Part shown: in pieces, positions 11,566 through 24,377 of the stretch
Layout of the letters: each line of letters opens with the position of its first letter
Numbering within the stretch: the first letter of the stretch is position 1
NCBI GenBank assembly: GCA_048128005.1
Contig: JBEUKZ010000018.1
Span: forward strand, 186,001-250,000
Direction: 5' to 3'
DNA: 64,000 nt
DNA from: Veleropilina oligotropha
Taxonomy: Eukaryota
Program-made: the position numbers and the translations under genes
The notes under the pieces: generated by a model
Seen by the model: only the letters and a program-made list of their open reading frames with translations
Database searches by the model: none
Told to the model about the DNA's origin: nothing

Positions 11566-14500
11566 TGAAATGCAATGTGCATTGATTACTGTCGACGCAT
11601 TTGTTTTAATATTGACGATCATCTGATTGTCATATGAGATGCTTCTAGCTATTTTATAATATCATTGAAAACAAGTTTACTGCAAAAGCATTTCGTTTAT
11701 AATAAAACATTGAGGCTGTTTCATAATTCCCTGTTGTGTACCTTCATTTAATGTTAGTAATCTTGTACTTGCCCTTTGAATGTGATGATCATGTTACGGA
11801 ATTGTAAAGTAAATGGTTTTTACCTGAACATAATATTGCTTTGGAGTCGAATTTCCACATTGCTTTTGTGAGTTCTTGAACGACTTTGTATATAGTTTAT
11901 CAGATATAAAACTTCCTGGATGCTGTCTCCAATTACAGGTAGCGGAATTACCTCAAAATACAGGGAATATCTATGACACCTAGTATGAGTTATATCATGA
12001 GGTTTTGTTGTTTGCTCGGTTACATCAACAATGAACAGTATAAATGCCGATTTCACTGATAGCGACAACGGAGTGATGTTTATAAAGAACTTCACCATAA
12101 CAAACTAATAAGCTCATCATTAGTGTCTAATGTAGTTCCTCAGTGGTCTAACTGTCAATGTGGTTAGCTAATCCACAGTCGAAGATAATATAATAATACG
12201 CGCTGTGTCTATGCACAATGCATGGATGCAGTTGGTCACAAAATACTCTCTCCATGAGAGCATTATAATATGATCATGGTTTAAATATTATATAATATAT
12301 GTGTCAATCATGTTTCAATATGTGAATCTAAAGTGACTTTGATTGCACCAATTGTTTACAGTATTTGCATAATTTATCATGACGACTAGGTTAAGGCGAT
12401 ATTGGTGAAATGCATACTGTACATGTAATGCATTGACATTCTCTGATAGCTAGTATTATATGTGACAGCTAGTATGTGATAGCAGAGACTTGAAGTATAT
12501 ATATGATAGAGATTTAAGCAATATAAGTTGGTATACAGTTACATTTCAGTGCACATGTGGACTGTGTTAAGACTGTCTATTTTATATCATAGATGCTTTC
12601 AAAACAGAGTTATTATATATTTCATGTCCATATATATTAAATGTTTAACTGTGTATACAGTAAAACATTTAATATGTATGGACATGAAATATAACTTAAT
12701 TAATTACAGTTTAAGAGGTCCAGGATATGTAATTAAAAATGCATTACCCATCCTCAAATTAACATGCATAGACATAGGCCATATTTTGAATAATGCCAAT
12801 TCATTTTCAGCTCTTACATGATGGTACATATTATCTGGTGTCTAAATTACAATAAATTAACATAATTGACAAAATTTATGTATATTCATTTTGTCAACAA
12901 AATCAGATATCATAATTGTAAACACCAGGCATGATGTAAGGCCAACACTTTGCAGAAATACGGATCTTACAGTGTCTCTTTTTAGGGTCCTCCACTTTAG
13001 TCATGCTCCAACCAATTGTCTTTTTAATCCTTGAATATTATTTTCATGCTTTCACATTTAAAATGCAAATTAAAGCAGATCTTTTTTAGAGCAAAATTCA
13101 TGGAAGGGCACACATATAATGATTAAAGTATATATATGACCTAACTGCTTGTCAAGACAATATCTTTTCCACAAGATATGATTCAGAATTTTGTGAATCA
13201 TGATCTATTTTAGAAATATGAACCCACATACCATATTGAGGTCAAAGAAGGAAAACGTTTTCAGGGTCAATGTCGTAACATGAATGTGTGCCGCTTAAGC
13301 TTTGTTCGTCGATGCTCTGCCTTTGAATCACCACGATCTGTCGATATCTCTTGTTGTGGTCTGCACAAAGCAAAAACGTGGCAGCTTAATTTTTGTTATT
13401 TTATGCTTCACCGAATAATTATTTTTCTGAAATTTGAGATACTTAAATTAATCAATTGGCTCCATCTGTAATGAATTTATAAACCTTTGAAATTGTTAAT
13501 TATTCTTAATTATATACTAAATACTGCATTACTTCCATTTGGATCAAAATTTTAATTTCTCATTTTAATAATTTGACTTAAGCATCATTCCTCCCTCCCT
13601 CCCTCCCTCCACATATTTTTGTGAAGTTTCAGGAATATTGAATATTGTTCAAATATAATGAAATTAAACAGATTTTATTTTATGATCTGAGCTCACAGAT
13701 TTTTTCAATATATTCTATATTAGGCATATATCATAAACTACACATTGTCTGTATGTCTCCTTCAACAAATCTCTTTGAAATATCTTTGTGTGTTGTTAAG
13801 TTAGAGCGTCGGAAAAACATTATATGGGACAGTAGGATGAGGGTTCAAGCCCGCTCCGGCCTGGATTATTCTAAGGCTTAAAATTAGTAGATGGCATTAT
13901 CCCTAATGTATGTCGATCAGATCGAATGTCCGGACCATGCATGTTAAGCCTATACTCCTATAACATATGAGACCGGGTTGACGTGCCTTTCATACCCTAA
14001 CTCATATATCCGAAGCACCTTTTATGACGAGCAGGTTCCCGACGGATTTCGTCGAGAACGCTTTTGGAACAAATTACTAATTAAAAATACAGTTAAACAA
14101 ACAGTAAATACTTAAATTGTATAAATATGCATGAATATATACATACCTGTTAGTTTTTAGTGATTTTTTTGTTAATGTATGATAAAACGCATTATTTGTC
14201 AATGTTTACCGTCAAACGAAATGCTAACGTCACAAAATGGCGACCGTCTTTTGTTTACATTGTAAAAGTTAAAACCATCCGTTTTGTGTTCCAAAGTAGC
14301 TTATCTGTGTTATTTGGTATAAAGGAACATATACCAATGCAAGTAAGTGATAAACTAGTTACTTTATTGAAATTTAGTATTTTTCACCACGGGCCGTGAT
14401 TTTCACCATTAGAATATTCTGTGGTGAGACATTTTAGCTTGGCCGTTAGAGTCTGATTAGGAACTATAGCAAGCTCTAACGTTGTTGGAGTAGTTAAGCC

Positions 14501-15509
14501 TAAGGCTGAAAAATTGCCAGAGGGGTCATAAAACAAAGTTGTCAACTCAACTTTGTGTGTTGATTACAGCTGGTTCTTTGCTGATTTCTTAATACATTAT
14601 ACTATCTGGCATGAACTATAATTTCTATCATTGCTGACCACACCACGCAGGCCAGTGGTCAAGTCCTGGCCAAGTGGGTGTAATAGCTGCTTGGTGATGC
14701 CTGTCCTGGGGCTACAATGTTTATTGTTGTCAATGTTGCATGGGGCCCAATGCTTTGACCTATTTTCGTCAGCCATATTGAATTACTAGCATAGCTCAGC
14801 AGTGATGTATGAAGCAAAATGGCCAGTGAAGGGCTAGGCTAGTGATTTGAAACAGATGTGGTCGGTTTACCTGTGTACTGGGCAGACTTATCTTACACCT
14901 GTGATGTAAAAGCAGCAATTTGTGGATTATTTCTTTAGACAGGTGTGTTAGTCAATTAAAACAAACAGGTATGTGTCAAAATAAGACCGGGAAGGGTATT
15001 CACTATTGTCTTTTGATTTATTTATAGCTATAGTATTCAGGTAAGTTTGTCAAATGGAATATTGGGAAGTTATTTATATATTGTAACAAAGTCAGTGCCT
15101 TATAAAAAGTATAGTACCAGTATTATACTGAATGTATTTATATGAATATATATATGTAGGTCTTTGTGTACAATGTACATAATGTATAAACATTGGTGCA
15201 AACTACTTGATAGTTAGTTACAGGTGGAACAATATAGTTGTAACTTTTGCGTATGTACGTCTATATGGGCATAATGGTTATAATGTTTTCTTTTTTTACA
15301 CAACTTATATATAGAATTATTAACCCATATACATGTACTGAATGCGTTTGATAGCAATAACGTTTAATGTCATCCCCCGGGGCAACATATTTAAAGTGTC
15401 ATCACTGTGTTGTTTGTAGTAGAACATACAAAATTACAGCGGTCTCAATGTGATGTGGTTACAATATTATCAGTAGATTCAGTATATTGTCAGTATATTT
15501 TCCTTTTAG

Positions 15510-15567
15510 TGCATTAAGACCCGGACTATCTCTCTTCGTGTCAGGCGGACAGGTGAAAATAATTCAG
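15510..15567 (+). CDS. PALS1: Host 58-bp exon (end of PDZ domain plus linker); not in the ORF track
   Basis: Acceptor TTTTCCTTTTAG, donor CAG|GTATGT; encodes CIKTRTISLRVRRTGENNS plus 1 nt; phase 0 in and phase 1 out, exactly bridging exons 8425-8534 and 46061-47062. Confidence 0.85.
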
Positions 15568-17375
15568 GTATGTCCACTATAACAACGAGGAAGTTCTATA
15601 TCGATTGCATACAAATTGATCAAGCGATAACCTGAGGAAGCCAGTGTATAGATATTTCTAATGCGTAATCTGTAGTTACCCCAACATGACTGTTTCTCTT
15701 TATACTTATTTGATCATGTTTGTTGTAAATGCAATTGCGCATTTCAATGCATATTTTCACAATTGATAGTATTATTAACATGCTATTCAAAGCTAATTGG
15801 CACAATGTTACATTATTTACGGACTTTTTGCTGTTATGTATTCGTTATCCAATAAATCAAATATTCATAAAAGGTCAGATTCAGACGCTGTGAAAATAAA
15901 ATCAATCAATGAAAATGAATCACTCATGACTGATGTACATGCATAGACAGAAATACATTTTGTATCAATAATAACTTGGACACTCTTGCTTTATTTTCTT
16001 TGTTACAATATTTCCAGCTTACTACAGTCTTTGACTCAATTTTCAAGTTCAATTATAGAGCAGCTGCCACAATTGTTGTTTCGCAGGTCATGTCCTTTTG
16101 CTTTGTATTCATGCAGAACTTCACTGGTCCATCATCTCAGGTGTACGTGTTCTTCTAATATTTGTCGTGTATTATACTGACCAAATAGTTGATGTTTATT
16201 TATAGTCATAAATTATCAAGATTGTTACCATGCACACTGTAAAATAGTTACTAGTATACTGCAATGCAAAGCTCACATCGAGACCTCTGGGCAATATAGT
16301 GTAGCAGCTATTGTTGGCTGGACATATCATCCATATGGTCACTTGGGATTTGTTTGTTTAACGTCTAGCTTTGTTTACCAGCTAGTGCATGACGAGAGAC
16401 TCCATACACTAAATGACAAAAATGATTTATATTGCGTTTGCTGTAAAAATAGCTCCAAATGTGTTCATAAGTTTGTAGAGAGATAGTGAGGTAATTTGTT
16501 TCCTGTAGTGTTTATCAAGGAGTGCATTTATCATCGTGTACGGTTTTATGACAAGTCATCCCGTCTCACGGAGTGCACTCACCATATATGTAACTTAAGC
16601 ATGATCTAAGTCTACCTTGGATGCTGAGACATTAACGTCTGTGTGATTGCCAATACACATTTGTGACGGTAGTCAAATTGCAATGGAATTGTGTTTCAGA
16701 TGCTATTTAGGGAAATCAACAGCAGTAATTATTACGCAATTACTGTACATATCTCTTCCCAGTGTTGGGAGGCTACTAAGTGCTTCATGTTGACAATGCA
16801 ATTAACCCTGTTAATTGGCCTAATTAACTGCAAACACAGAGTGGGCCACTTCCCTCCTGTATGTGATAAACATGAGGCTTACTGTTTGACTGTACATGTA
16901 TAGTAGTCGCTTGGGTGACTAAATGATTGATGCAGAAATAACAAAATGTGGACCATGAGAGCTGGTCATATGCACAGTCATGGCCAAAATATGTGCAAAG
17001 AAGTATTTGTACTGGAGTACCAGTTGCATACCTGTGGGCTATTCATACCACGGTATCTTTTGCATATACATATTTATTTTTTCAATGATTTATTTTTGTT
17101 ATTTATTGATTGATGTTTTATTTTGCTGTGTTTTTTGGTGCGGAATACATATTTAGTTTTCTATGTGTTTATGGATATTTATGCAGTATTTGGTGTGAAT
17201 GCGAGATAACTGGTGCTTGTAATACATTCTGATTTATCTATGAATAAATCTTAATCTGTTGCGGACATGCCCCTTTATCTACAGAATCGTTCATATCGTA
17301 ATGATCTGGGTATGATGAATTCATTAATTCGTGTGAATCTCATTAAAGGCACGAATAAAATGATGTAAACACATA

Positions 17376-17826
17376 TTTTTATGTCTTGACCTTTTTGTAA
17401 AAAAGGACAAGACATTATCAAATGGTCCGTGTGTATATATACTTATATACTTATATACTTATATATATATATCCGTCGATTTATTTGAAAACTACCCGCT
17501 CAATTTTCACCAAAATTGGTACACACATTCCCAAGAGTATTTGTAGGTCGTGTATATAACTTTCGCGACACAATTTTGCAAAAATATGCATTTATTGAGC
17601 ACTTTAATCCATATTCGTATGTAACTGATGTCTAATATTGCAAGCAAATAGCAATGACGTCATTATGACGTCGCTTTAGATTAATCGTCATTTGGTGACG
17701 TCATAATCGACGGGGTAGTAAATTAAGCCATGAAGTACTTGCACTTAGCCATTGTATTAACTGTTATGAAAATTTGAGGGAAATAAAGAAAGGTCAAGAC
17801 ATATTTCGAACGCGTCGTTCTTGTTT
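17376..17826 (+). mobile_element. Short HINE-like element
   Basis: 5' TATGTCTTGACCTTT with local hairpin, 3' AAAGGTCAAGACATA subterminal inverted copy, GAACG..CGTTC hairpin and CTTGTTT end. Confidence 0.6.
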
Positions 17827-18065
17827 ATTATATATATTGGTACCTTATTCTGTGCACGTGCATGTGTCACGATTTGATATTGTATATATGTAGTTCCATG
17901 CCAGTCTGGGCTGCACAGTAGTGCAGTGAATAAGAGTGTCTAGTCCACTTGCTTCACAATCTGTCTCACAGGACTTATTATAAGGAGAATCCTCTGCTGT
18001 GTAAATTTGTGCAGTTCACTACACAGTTGCTGTCTTGCCAGATGTCTTTTACAAAATCTGTTCAC

Positions 18066-18631
18066 TAGTAGAAGCAAGTCCAATGCCTACACGGCATTGA
18101 TCAGACCATCGCTCAGTATGCCTCTCCAATTTGGGATCCATACCACCGCACCACCTCTGACCTACTCGAAAAGGTACAGAGAAGGGCTGCCCGATTCGCC
18201 ACCAATAATTACAGTAGGGAGCCGGGATCCGTCACCGCTTCGCTCAACTCGCTCAACTGGGATACCTTGGAACAACGTAGAGCTAAAGCAAGACTTATCC
18301 TACTCTTCAAAATCCATACAAACCTCCTACATATTCAGGCCCTTAATTACCTCATTCCAACAGACAGCAGGACCAGGAATATAAACACTTTTCGGATCAT
18401 CTCAGCCAAATTAGACCTGTTTAAATTCTCCTTTCCACGGACCATCACAAACTGGAACAAACTGCCAATGGAGACGAGGTGTGCCACTACTGTGGGCCAA
18501 TTCAAGACGGGACTTCAACCGGTCACGGTCCAGCCTATCTCCAGGAACTAATCCACTACCAATTCTGTAACGCGTCTGAATCATTAACACTCATTATTGA
18601 GTCGATTCCTTATGGGAAGAAGAAGAAGAAG
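18066..18631 (+). mobile_element. 5'-truncated LINE (CR1/L2-group) 3' end, frameshifted
   Basis: Peptides KSNAYTALIRPSL, EQRRAKARLILLFKI, FKFSFPRTITNWNKLP typical of the ORF2 C-terminus; (GAA)n tail at ~18617-18631. Confidence 0.8.
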
Positions 18632-19113
18632 CACTGATCAATATTATTTTTATCCCCCGTTGCTTCTGAAGGAAGAAGTGCTATCGATATAGCGGTAAAC
18701 CATTTTGTCAATATATGCAAGAAATAGATTTAGTACAATGTTTTGATGGTATGGAGATTTTTGATTGACATTGGTCTTTAATCCCTAGATCTATCAACCA
18801 GCATATACATGTATAAAATATATCTTGAGCAGCACACATGCACTAATTGAATAACTTGGTCTAAATTTAGTTAAAAATTTTCGGTTAAATTTTTCAAAGA
18901 GTGCTTATACAATGATCATTGCACTTGTTTGCACACTTATGCTTTGTTGCTGGCTATATTGATGTTAGCTGCTAGCCTGGCAGTGATATTGAACAAAATT
19001 TAATATAAATAATTTGTGAAATTGATGTTTTTATATAAAAATTTTAGTTACATTTTTTAGGTTCAAGTTTTTCGATTATTGCATATAGGTTTAATAAAGC
19101 AGTATGTAGTTAC

Positions 19114-19314
19114 AAACATACTTACATCCTTACTCTTGCCATAATAGTCATATTATCGCCAACCGGAAACAGTGAATAAAGTCACATTATGCACTCCTTT
19201 TAAGTCAAAACCACTACGATTACCTCCCCTGCTCCACCTCTCCTAAGTTCCCCCGGCGAGATCTCGCCAAGTCTCGCGAGACATCCGAGCCATCAAAGTC
19301 ACAAGACCTCAATT
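19114..19314 (+). repeat. DIRS left inverted terminal repeat
   Basis: Reverse complement of 26247-26447 with one mismatch seen (19126). Confidence 0.95.
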
Positions 19315-20056
19315 AAAAGTTTTCCGCCGTAACGGAAAAACGTGTTTTTTGCTCCGCAAATATTTCTATTGTCTAACGGTTTATACGTTAAATCGTAGAC
19401 GCCTATATAGCTTATATTATCATAAGTTATAAGTTGGGAATATACCCTGTGTTGTGGATAATAAACACAGTGAATATTGAAGATTCTGATCAAAAACTTC
19501 GAGAAGTTCTGTGAAAATCAGTGAAACCGACAACGCCGCCGTTGCCGAGAAAAGCATGGCCGCTTAGAGGGGAAGTTTCGTGTGTTAGAAGAAATTTCTG
19601 GTCGGTATTTTTATCTGATATTGTTTGAGACTGCAAACAGGTAACTCATTATATTGGATAATTCCTTAACGACGCTTATTGCTGGTAATTATTGTATAAA
19701 ATTTTAGCGTCGTTAATAGGCAGGATTGTTTAGATATCAACTTTAGTTATTCTGATATCCTGCCGTTTCTGGGATAATACGCCATTGTACTAACTTAAAA
19801 ACATCCACGAGGTTTTCAGGTGTTTTCCTGGGCGGTTTTTTCTAAGAAAGAACCCCCGTTTGTTTAGTCAATTAGCCGGGTTTATTAACCGGCCTCGGTG
19901 CTCCCAGTTCGGGGTTATTTTGCGGTATATCGCCTGATCTTTCATCTTCAGTTCAGGGCAATTTAAAGAGTTGTCGTAGTAAAAAGTCACAACTACCAAA
20001 CATATACTTCTTTAACTACCCCGTCCACCCACTTCCACCCTCCCGTGTATTCAGCT

Positions 20057-22303
20057 ATGGTCCGGTGCAGCGACTCCGGGTGTAACCAGAAGATCCACGG
20101 GTTTGATAAGCACACGGAATGCCGTATTCACCGTAATTGTAGTAAAAAATACAAATGTGAACTGTGCTTAGCTTTGACAGATAGGCAGTGGGCGATTATT
20201 TTCCCTCCGGTGAAGCCGACCAGGGCGGCTGCCACGGTGGGTCCTCCCCCGGAGAAGGGTCAGGAAGAGACTGGTAAGTTAGGGGATAATGTTTCTTCTT
20301 TGTCTGCTTCAGGGACGCTGGACGACAGCCGGCGTAAGGTACCGTCTGTCGCCGGATCTACCGGCGAAACCTCCGCGACTCATGGGGGAGTCGCCGAAAC
20401 CTTGCCGGGACCCCAGATTCAGGTAGGAGCCCGAGCGCTGTCCGTTACTCCTCCAATGGGCCTAGTAGCTGCAGCCAACCATACCTTGCCGGCTAGCAAG
20501 GTATATCTGGCAGCGCAGCGAACAGCTGAGCAGGGCAGACGATCCCCCTCCTGTTCTTCGGCCTCGAAGAACACGGGATACGTTAGTCCTTCTGCGGGAA
20601 ACTCTCCGTTTAACGACGGTGAGCAACCCAATGAGAAAGCCAATATAGAGGCTGGACACCATTACGATGGTCTAAGATCCGGACAATTGGCGACGCCTGA
20701 AACCTCGTTCGAGACCGACGCGACTAACCCATGGGTTTTTCCGCTCAACCTCGAAGCTCACGATGTTTTCAGAGGGCCCGTTCTCTCCCGTGTACCCACG
20801 ATGGTCACGCTAGATAACGTGGACAGACCGGCTGCGTTCGGGACGAGGTTTTACGGTGATCCGACCGTGCCTCGCTCGAACAGAGCGGTAGACCAGTACG
20901 GACTGTGGCCGCAGTCCTACCGGTCGTCCGGCCCACTGACTGCGCCTTCGGGCCAGTCTTTCGGGTTCGACCGCTCGACACGTGACCCGAGACCCTGGTT
21001 CTCGGGACCACCTGTCCGTGCAGCCCGTCTACCTTGCGCCACGGTAACCTCGACAGAACTACCGGCTGTTAGTTCGTCGCCCGTCATGCCTCCGGGTTTC
21101 TCTTTTGAGAACATCCAGGCATTGATCGCGGCGGAGTTCGAGGCCCGATGTAAGGCCTGGCAACCGGCTCCCCAGCCGCGCCAGTTCCCTACATCTCTGC
21201 CCGTGGCGCAGAGCACGGCTCCTGCCTCCGTGATGGAGATCGACCCTCGTTCCAACGAGGACCTCGACTCTACTCACTCCGACCTCCCTGAATCGGTCGG
21301 GCCCGAAGACGTTAGTCTTTCAGGCACGCAGGAGCCGACCTCCACCACCCGCCGAAGGCTCGACGCCGTTGCGTCACTTCGCGGGGTGCTTGGCTTGCCG
21401 GAACCGACTCGGTCGGACGTAGGCTCAGTCAAGCACAGGACGGCAGCACATCGGTTTGTTGAGAAGGAAGCCCCCGTGCTTCCTTCCTTACCTCAGTCTG
21501 GGCTGGTCGATCTAGTGGTCGACTCGACGACCAAGCTCATACAGGGGCGCAATCCGGTGGAGGCCTCCCCGCTGACCGAGTTCCCTTCGGGGTTCCGTAG
21601 TGGGAGGTACCTCCGGGCCAGTTCGTGTTCGATCCTGTTCGCGTGTACTGGTCCGTGCCTGGCGACTGAGCCGGCTCATGTGGACGCAGCGTTGCGTCGA
21701 CTGACCGCCAGTCACACTCCCTCCGTGGCGAAAGTTTCTTGGTCTGCCTTGGAAGCTTTCGAGAGCGCCGCCCGACGGGCTCTGCGGTTGTCGTCCGTTC
21801 AGGATTTTTTCCTGGACGGGGCGATAGCCATATTACAGGAGGAAGGACCCGGCGCCTGTGAGGCGGCCCTGTCCTTCCTCCAGGAGGTTGCTGCCGCAAT
21901 GGAGACCAGCGCGTTGGAGACGGGACGTGTCCTGGGCAATGCACTCCTACTTCGTAGGGATGCTTGCCTGGAAGGCACCTCGCTAGACGAGGCCACCCGG
22001 CGCTCGTTGCGATGCGTGCCTTGCTCGGCCACCACTCTTTTTGGCGACAATTTTACGGAATTCGTCGACAAGAGAGCGGCGGACTTGAAGGACCGTGCCA
22101 TCGAGAAGGCGGTGATGCACCCCACCCGGGGTCCACCCGCCGACTCGAGGAAGCGTTCAGGGCCCACCCGGACCCCGAAGCCTTCTAAGCGTGCGAAGCC
22201 CTCTTCTGGTGGTAGGCCTCCGGCCAGTAAACCTACTCAGAGGAGGCATGCACCTCCAGCGAAACCCCGTCAGCAGAGCGGGAGAGGGAAGCCTCGGCCC
22301 TAG
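20057..22303 (+). CDS. gag: DIRS ORF1 gag-like protein
   Basis: Long ORF (first ATG 20057) with N-terminal Cys/His zinc-finger-like cluster and basic C-terminal tail, upstream of and overlapping pol. Confidence 0.85.
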   Translation: MVRCSDSGCNQKIHGFDKHTECRIHRNCSKKYKCELCLALTDRQWAIIFPPVKPTRAAATVGPPPEKGQEETGKLGDNVSSLSASGTLDDSRRKVPSVAGSTGETSATHGGVAETLPGPQIQVGARALSVTPPMGLVAAANHTLPASKVYLAAQRTAEQGRRSPSCSSASKNTGYVSPSAGNSPFNDGEQPNEKANIEAGHHYDGLRSGQLATPETSFETDATNPWVFPLNLEAHDVFRGPVLSRVPTMVTLDNVDRPAAFGTRFYGDPTVPRSNRAVDQYGLWPQSYRSSGPLTAPSGQSFGFDRSTRDPRPWFSGPPVRAARLPCATVTSTELPAVSSSPVMPPGFSFENIQALIAAEFEARCKAWQPAPQPRQFPTSLPVAQSTAPASVMEIDPRSNEDLDSTHSDLPESVGPEDVSLSGTQEPTSTTRRRLDAVASLRGVLGLPEPTRSDVGSVKHRTAAHRFVEKEAPVLPSLPQSGLVDLVVDSTTKLIQGRNPVEASPLTEFPSGFRSGRYLRASSCSILFACTGPCLATEPAHVDAALRRLTASHTPSVAKVSWSALEAFESAARRALRLSSVQDFFLDGAIAILQEEGPGACEAALSFLQEVAAAMETSALETGRVLGNALLLRRDACLEGTSLDEATRRSLRCVPCSATTLFGDNFTEFVDKRAADLKDRAIEKAVMHPTRGPPADSRKRSGPTRTPKPSKRAKPSSGGRPPASKPTQRRHAPPAKPRQQSGRGKPRP

Positions 22304-24377
22304 GGCTGCCGGCATTCGCGACGGTCCCAGCTGCCCGCTTCCGCCGGTGGGAGCATGTCTGTTAGCGTACAGCCAGTCGTGGCTAGAGCTGACAGACAGC
22401 AGCTGGGTCCACTTAGTCGTGAGTGCCGGATACAAGTTGGCATTCAACCGGCATCCGACCCTAACCGAGGCACCACCAACAAGACACGCTCGCCTCCTTC
22501 ACGGAGAAAAGCAAGCGGTCTTAGACCAGGCAGTGCGGGATTTGCTCCACAAAGGAGCGATATATCCCGCGCCGCCCAGCACACCAGGATTTTACAGCCA
22601 TTTCTTCCTGGTCCCGAAACCCGATGGCCGCTGGCGACCGATCCTCGATCTCTCGTATCTCAACCGATATCTTCGCACCGAGAAATTCCAGCAAGAAACC
22701 CTCTCGAAGATACGAGCGGCCATCCGTCCGGGAGACTGGGCAGCATCTATCGATCTGACCGACGCGTATCTGCATGTCCCTATGCATATCACGGCTCATC
22801 AGTACCTTCGGTTTATACACGGGGAGACTATCTACCAATTCAGGTGCCTACCGTTCGGTCTATCGTCAGCCCCGTACGTCTTCACGAGAACAGTACAGGC
22901 TCTCGGAGCCTTCCTACACTCTCTAGGGCACAGGGTACATATGTACCTCGACGACTGGCTGATCCTCGGGGCGTCCCGAGATCTGTGCCTCCGGTCTACG
23001 AGCTTTACCCTGTCATCGACGAAGCGCCTGGGATTTCAGATCAACGAGACAAAATCCTGCTTCGTGCCCTCGACGACGTTTACGTTCCTCGGAGTCGACT
23101 TCGATACGGTCCGGTACACCGCGAAACCGACCCAGAAACGTATGCGGAACCTACGCGCGGTTATTCAAGACACCCTGTCATCGGAGATAACTACGGCGCG
23201 ACAACTGGCCACTGTCCTAGGGCACATCGAGTCGGTAGCGACCCTGCTACCGACGGGTCGAATGGACAAACGACCGTTACAACAGGCGTTCAGGGATCGC
23301 TGGATACAACGGACGGGGCAGTGGACGGATCGCATCGATCTTCGGCATTGGTTTACCAACACAACAGCAGTGTGGTTGAACCCTGCTTTGCCGGACCAGT
23401 CGGTTCCTATATCCCCGCCAGAGCCGAACGCTTACCTGTTCACAGACGCTTCGAACGACGGCTGGGGTGGTCACCTCGACAGTTACGAGACATCAGGCCT
23501 ATGGCCGACGGACCTTCAGGGACGACACATCAACTTCCTAGAGTTAGAAGCCGTCTACCTGTCAGTACGGTCCCTCTCGTCACATCTCCGCAACAAGCAC
23601 ATAATGCTCGCCACGGACAACACGACTGTCGTCGCTTACATCCAGCACCAGGGCGGCACTCGCTCGCGTCCCCTTTGCGACCGAGCAATAGACCTACACC
23701 GCCTAGTGATGTCCCTCAACTCGACGATTCGAGCCCGACACATCCCGGGAAAGCTGAATGTCAGAGCGGACTCGCTCTCTCGGAAATCACAGATAATACA
23801 CACAGAGTGGACGCTACACAGCCGAGTAGCTCGGGACGTTTGTCGCCGGTGGTCACAACCCCAAGTCGATCTGTTTGCAACAGAATTCAATTACCGACTA
23901 CCTCTGTATGTCTCCCCGTACCCGGACCCGGCCGCCCTAGCGGTCGACGCACTGTCAATGACATGGGAGAATCTGTCCGCGTATGCCTTCCCCCCGTCGT
24001 GCATTCTGACACTGGTATTACAGAAGGCATCGAACGAACGTTGCGAGATAACGCTAATCGCGCCCCTGTATCGCACGCAACCTTGGTTTCCGACCCTCCT
24101 CGATCTGATCGTCGATCGACCGTTAACGCTCCCGCAGCGACCGGACCTGTTAATGCAGGCGCGCAGCCGTGTACTACATCCATCGCCGAACGACTTACGT
24201 TTACACGCCTGGCGGTTATCGAACGATCCCTTGCTAAGAAAGGATTTTCTCACGCAACAGCCCTACGCATCTACCGATCGAGAAGGCTTTCCACGACAAA
24301 AGTTTATGACTACCGATGGGTCAAGTACGTGGATTGGTGTCACAGCCGGCAGGTCAATATTCTCAGCCCCCCTGTGA
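22191..24377 (+). CDS. pol: DIRS ORF2: reverse transcriptase, RNase H and methyltransferase-like domain (true start uncertain)
   Basis: RT motifs FLVPKPDGRWRPILDL, IDLTDAY, LPFGL, YLDD; RNase H FTDAS, HINFLEL, DNTTVV, ADSLSR; MT-like VDLFA and YAFPP. Confidence 0.95.
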   Translation: MRSPLLVVGLRPVNLLRGGMHLQRNPVSRAGEGSLGPRAAGIRDGPSCPLPPVGACLLAYSQSWLELTDSSWVHLVVSAGYKLAFNRHPTLTEAPPTRHARLLHGEKQAVLDQAVRDLLHKGAIYPAPPSTPGFYSHFFLVPKPDGRWRPILDLSYLNRYLRTEKFQQETLSKIRAAIRPGDWAASIDLTDAYLHVPMHITAHQYLRFIHGETIYQFRCLPFGLSSAPYVFTRTVQALGAFLHSLGHRVHMYLDDWLILGASRDLCLRSTSFTLSSTKRLGFQINETKSCFVPSTTFTFLGVDFDTVRYTAKPTQKRMRNLRAVIQDTLSSEITTARQLATVLGHIESVATLLPTGRMDKRPLQQAFRDRWIQRTGQWTDRIDLRHWFTNTTAVWLNPALPDQSVPISPPEPNAYLFTDASNDGWGGHLDSYETSGLWPTDLQGRHINFLELEAVYLSVRSLSSHLRNKHIMLATDNTTVVAYIQHQGGTRSRPLCDRAIDLHRLVMSLNSTIRARHIPGKLNVRADSLSRKSQIIHTEWTLHSRVARDVCRRWSQPQVDLFATEFNYRLPLYVSPYPDPAALAVDALSMTWENLSAYAFPPSCILTLVLQKASNERCEITLIAPLYRTQPWFPTLLDLIVDRPLTLPQRPDLLMQARSRVLHPSPNDLRLHAWRLSNDPLLRKDFLTQQPYASTDREGFPRQKFMTTDGSSTWIGVTAGRSIFSAPL

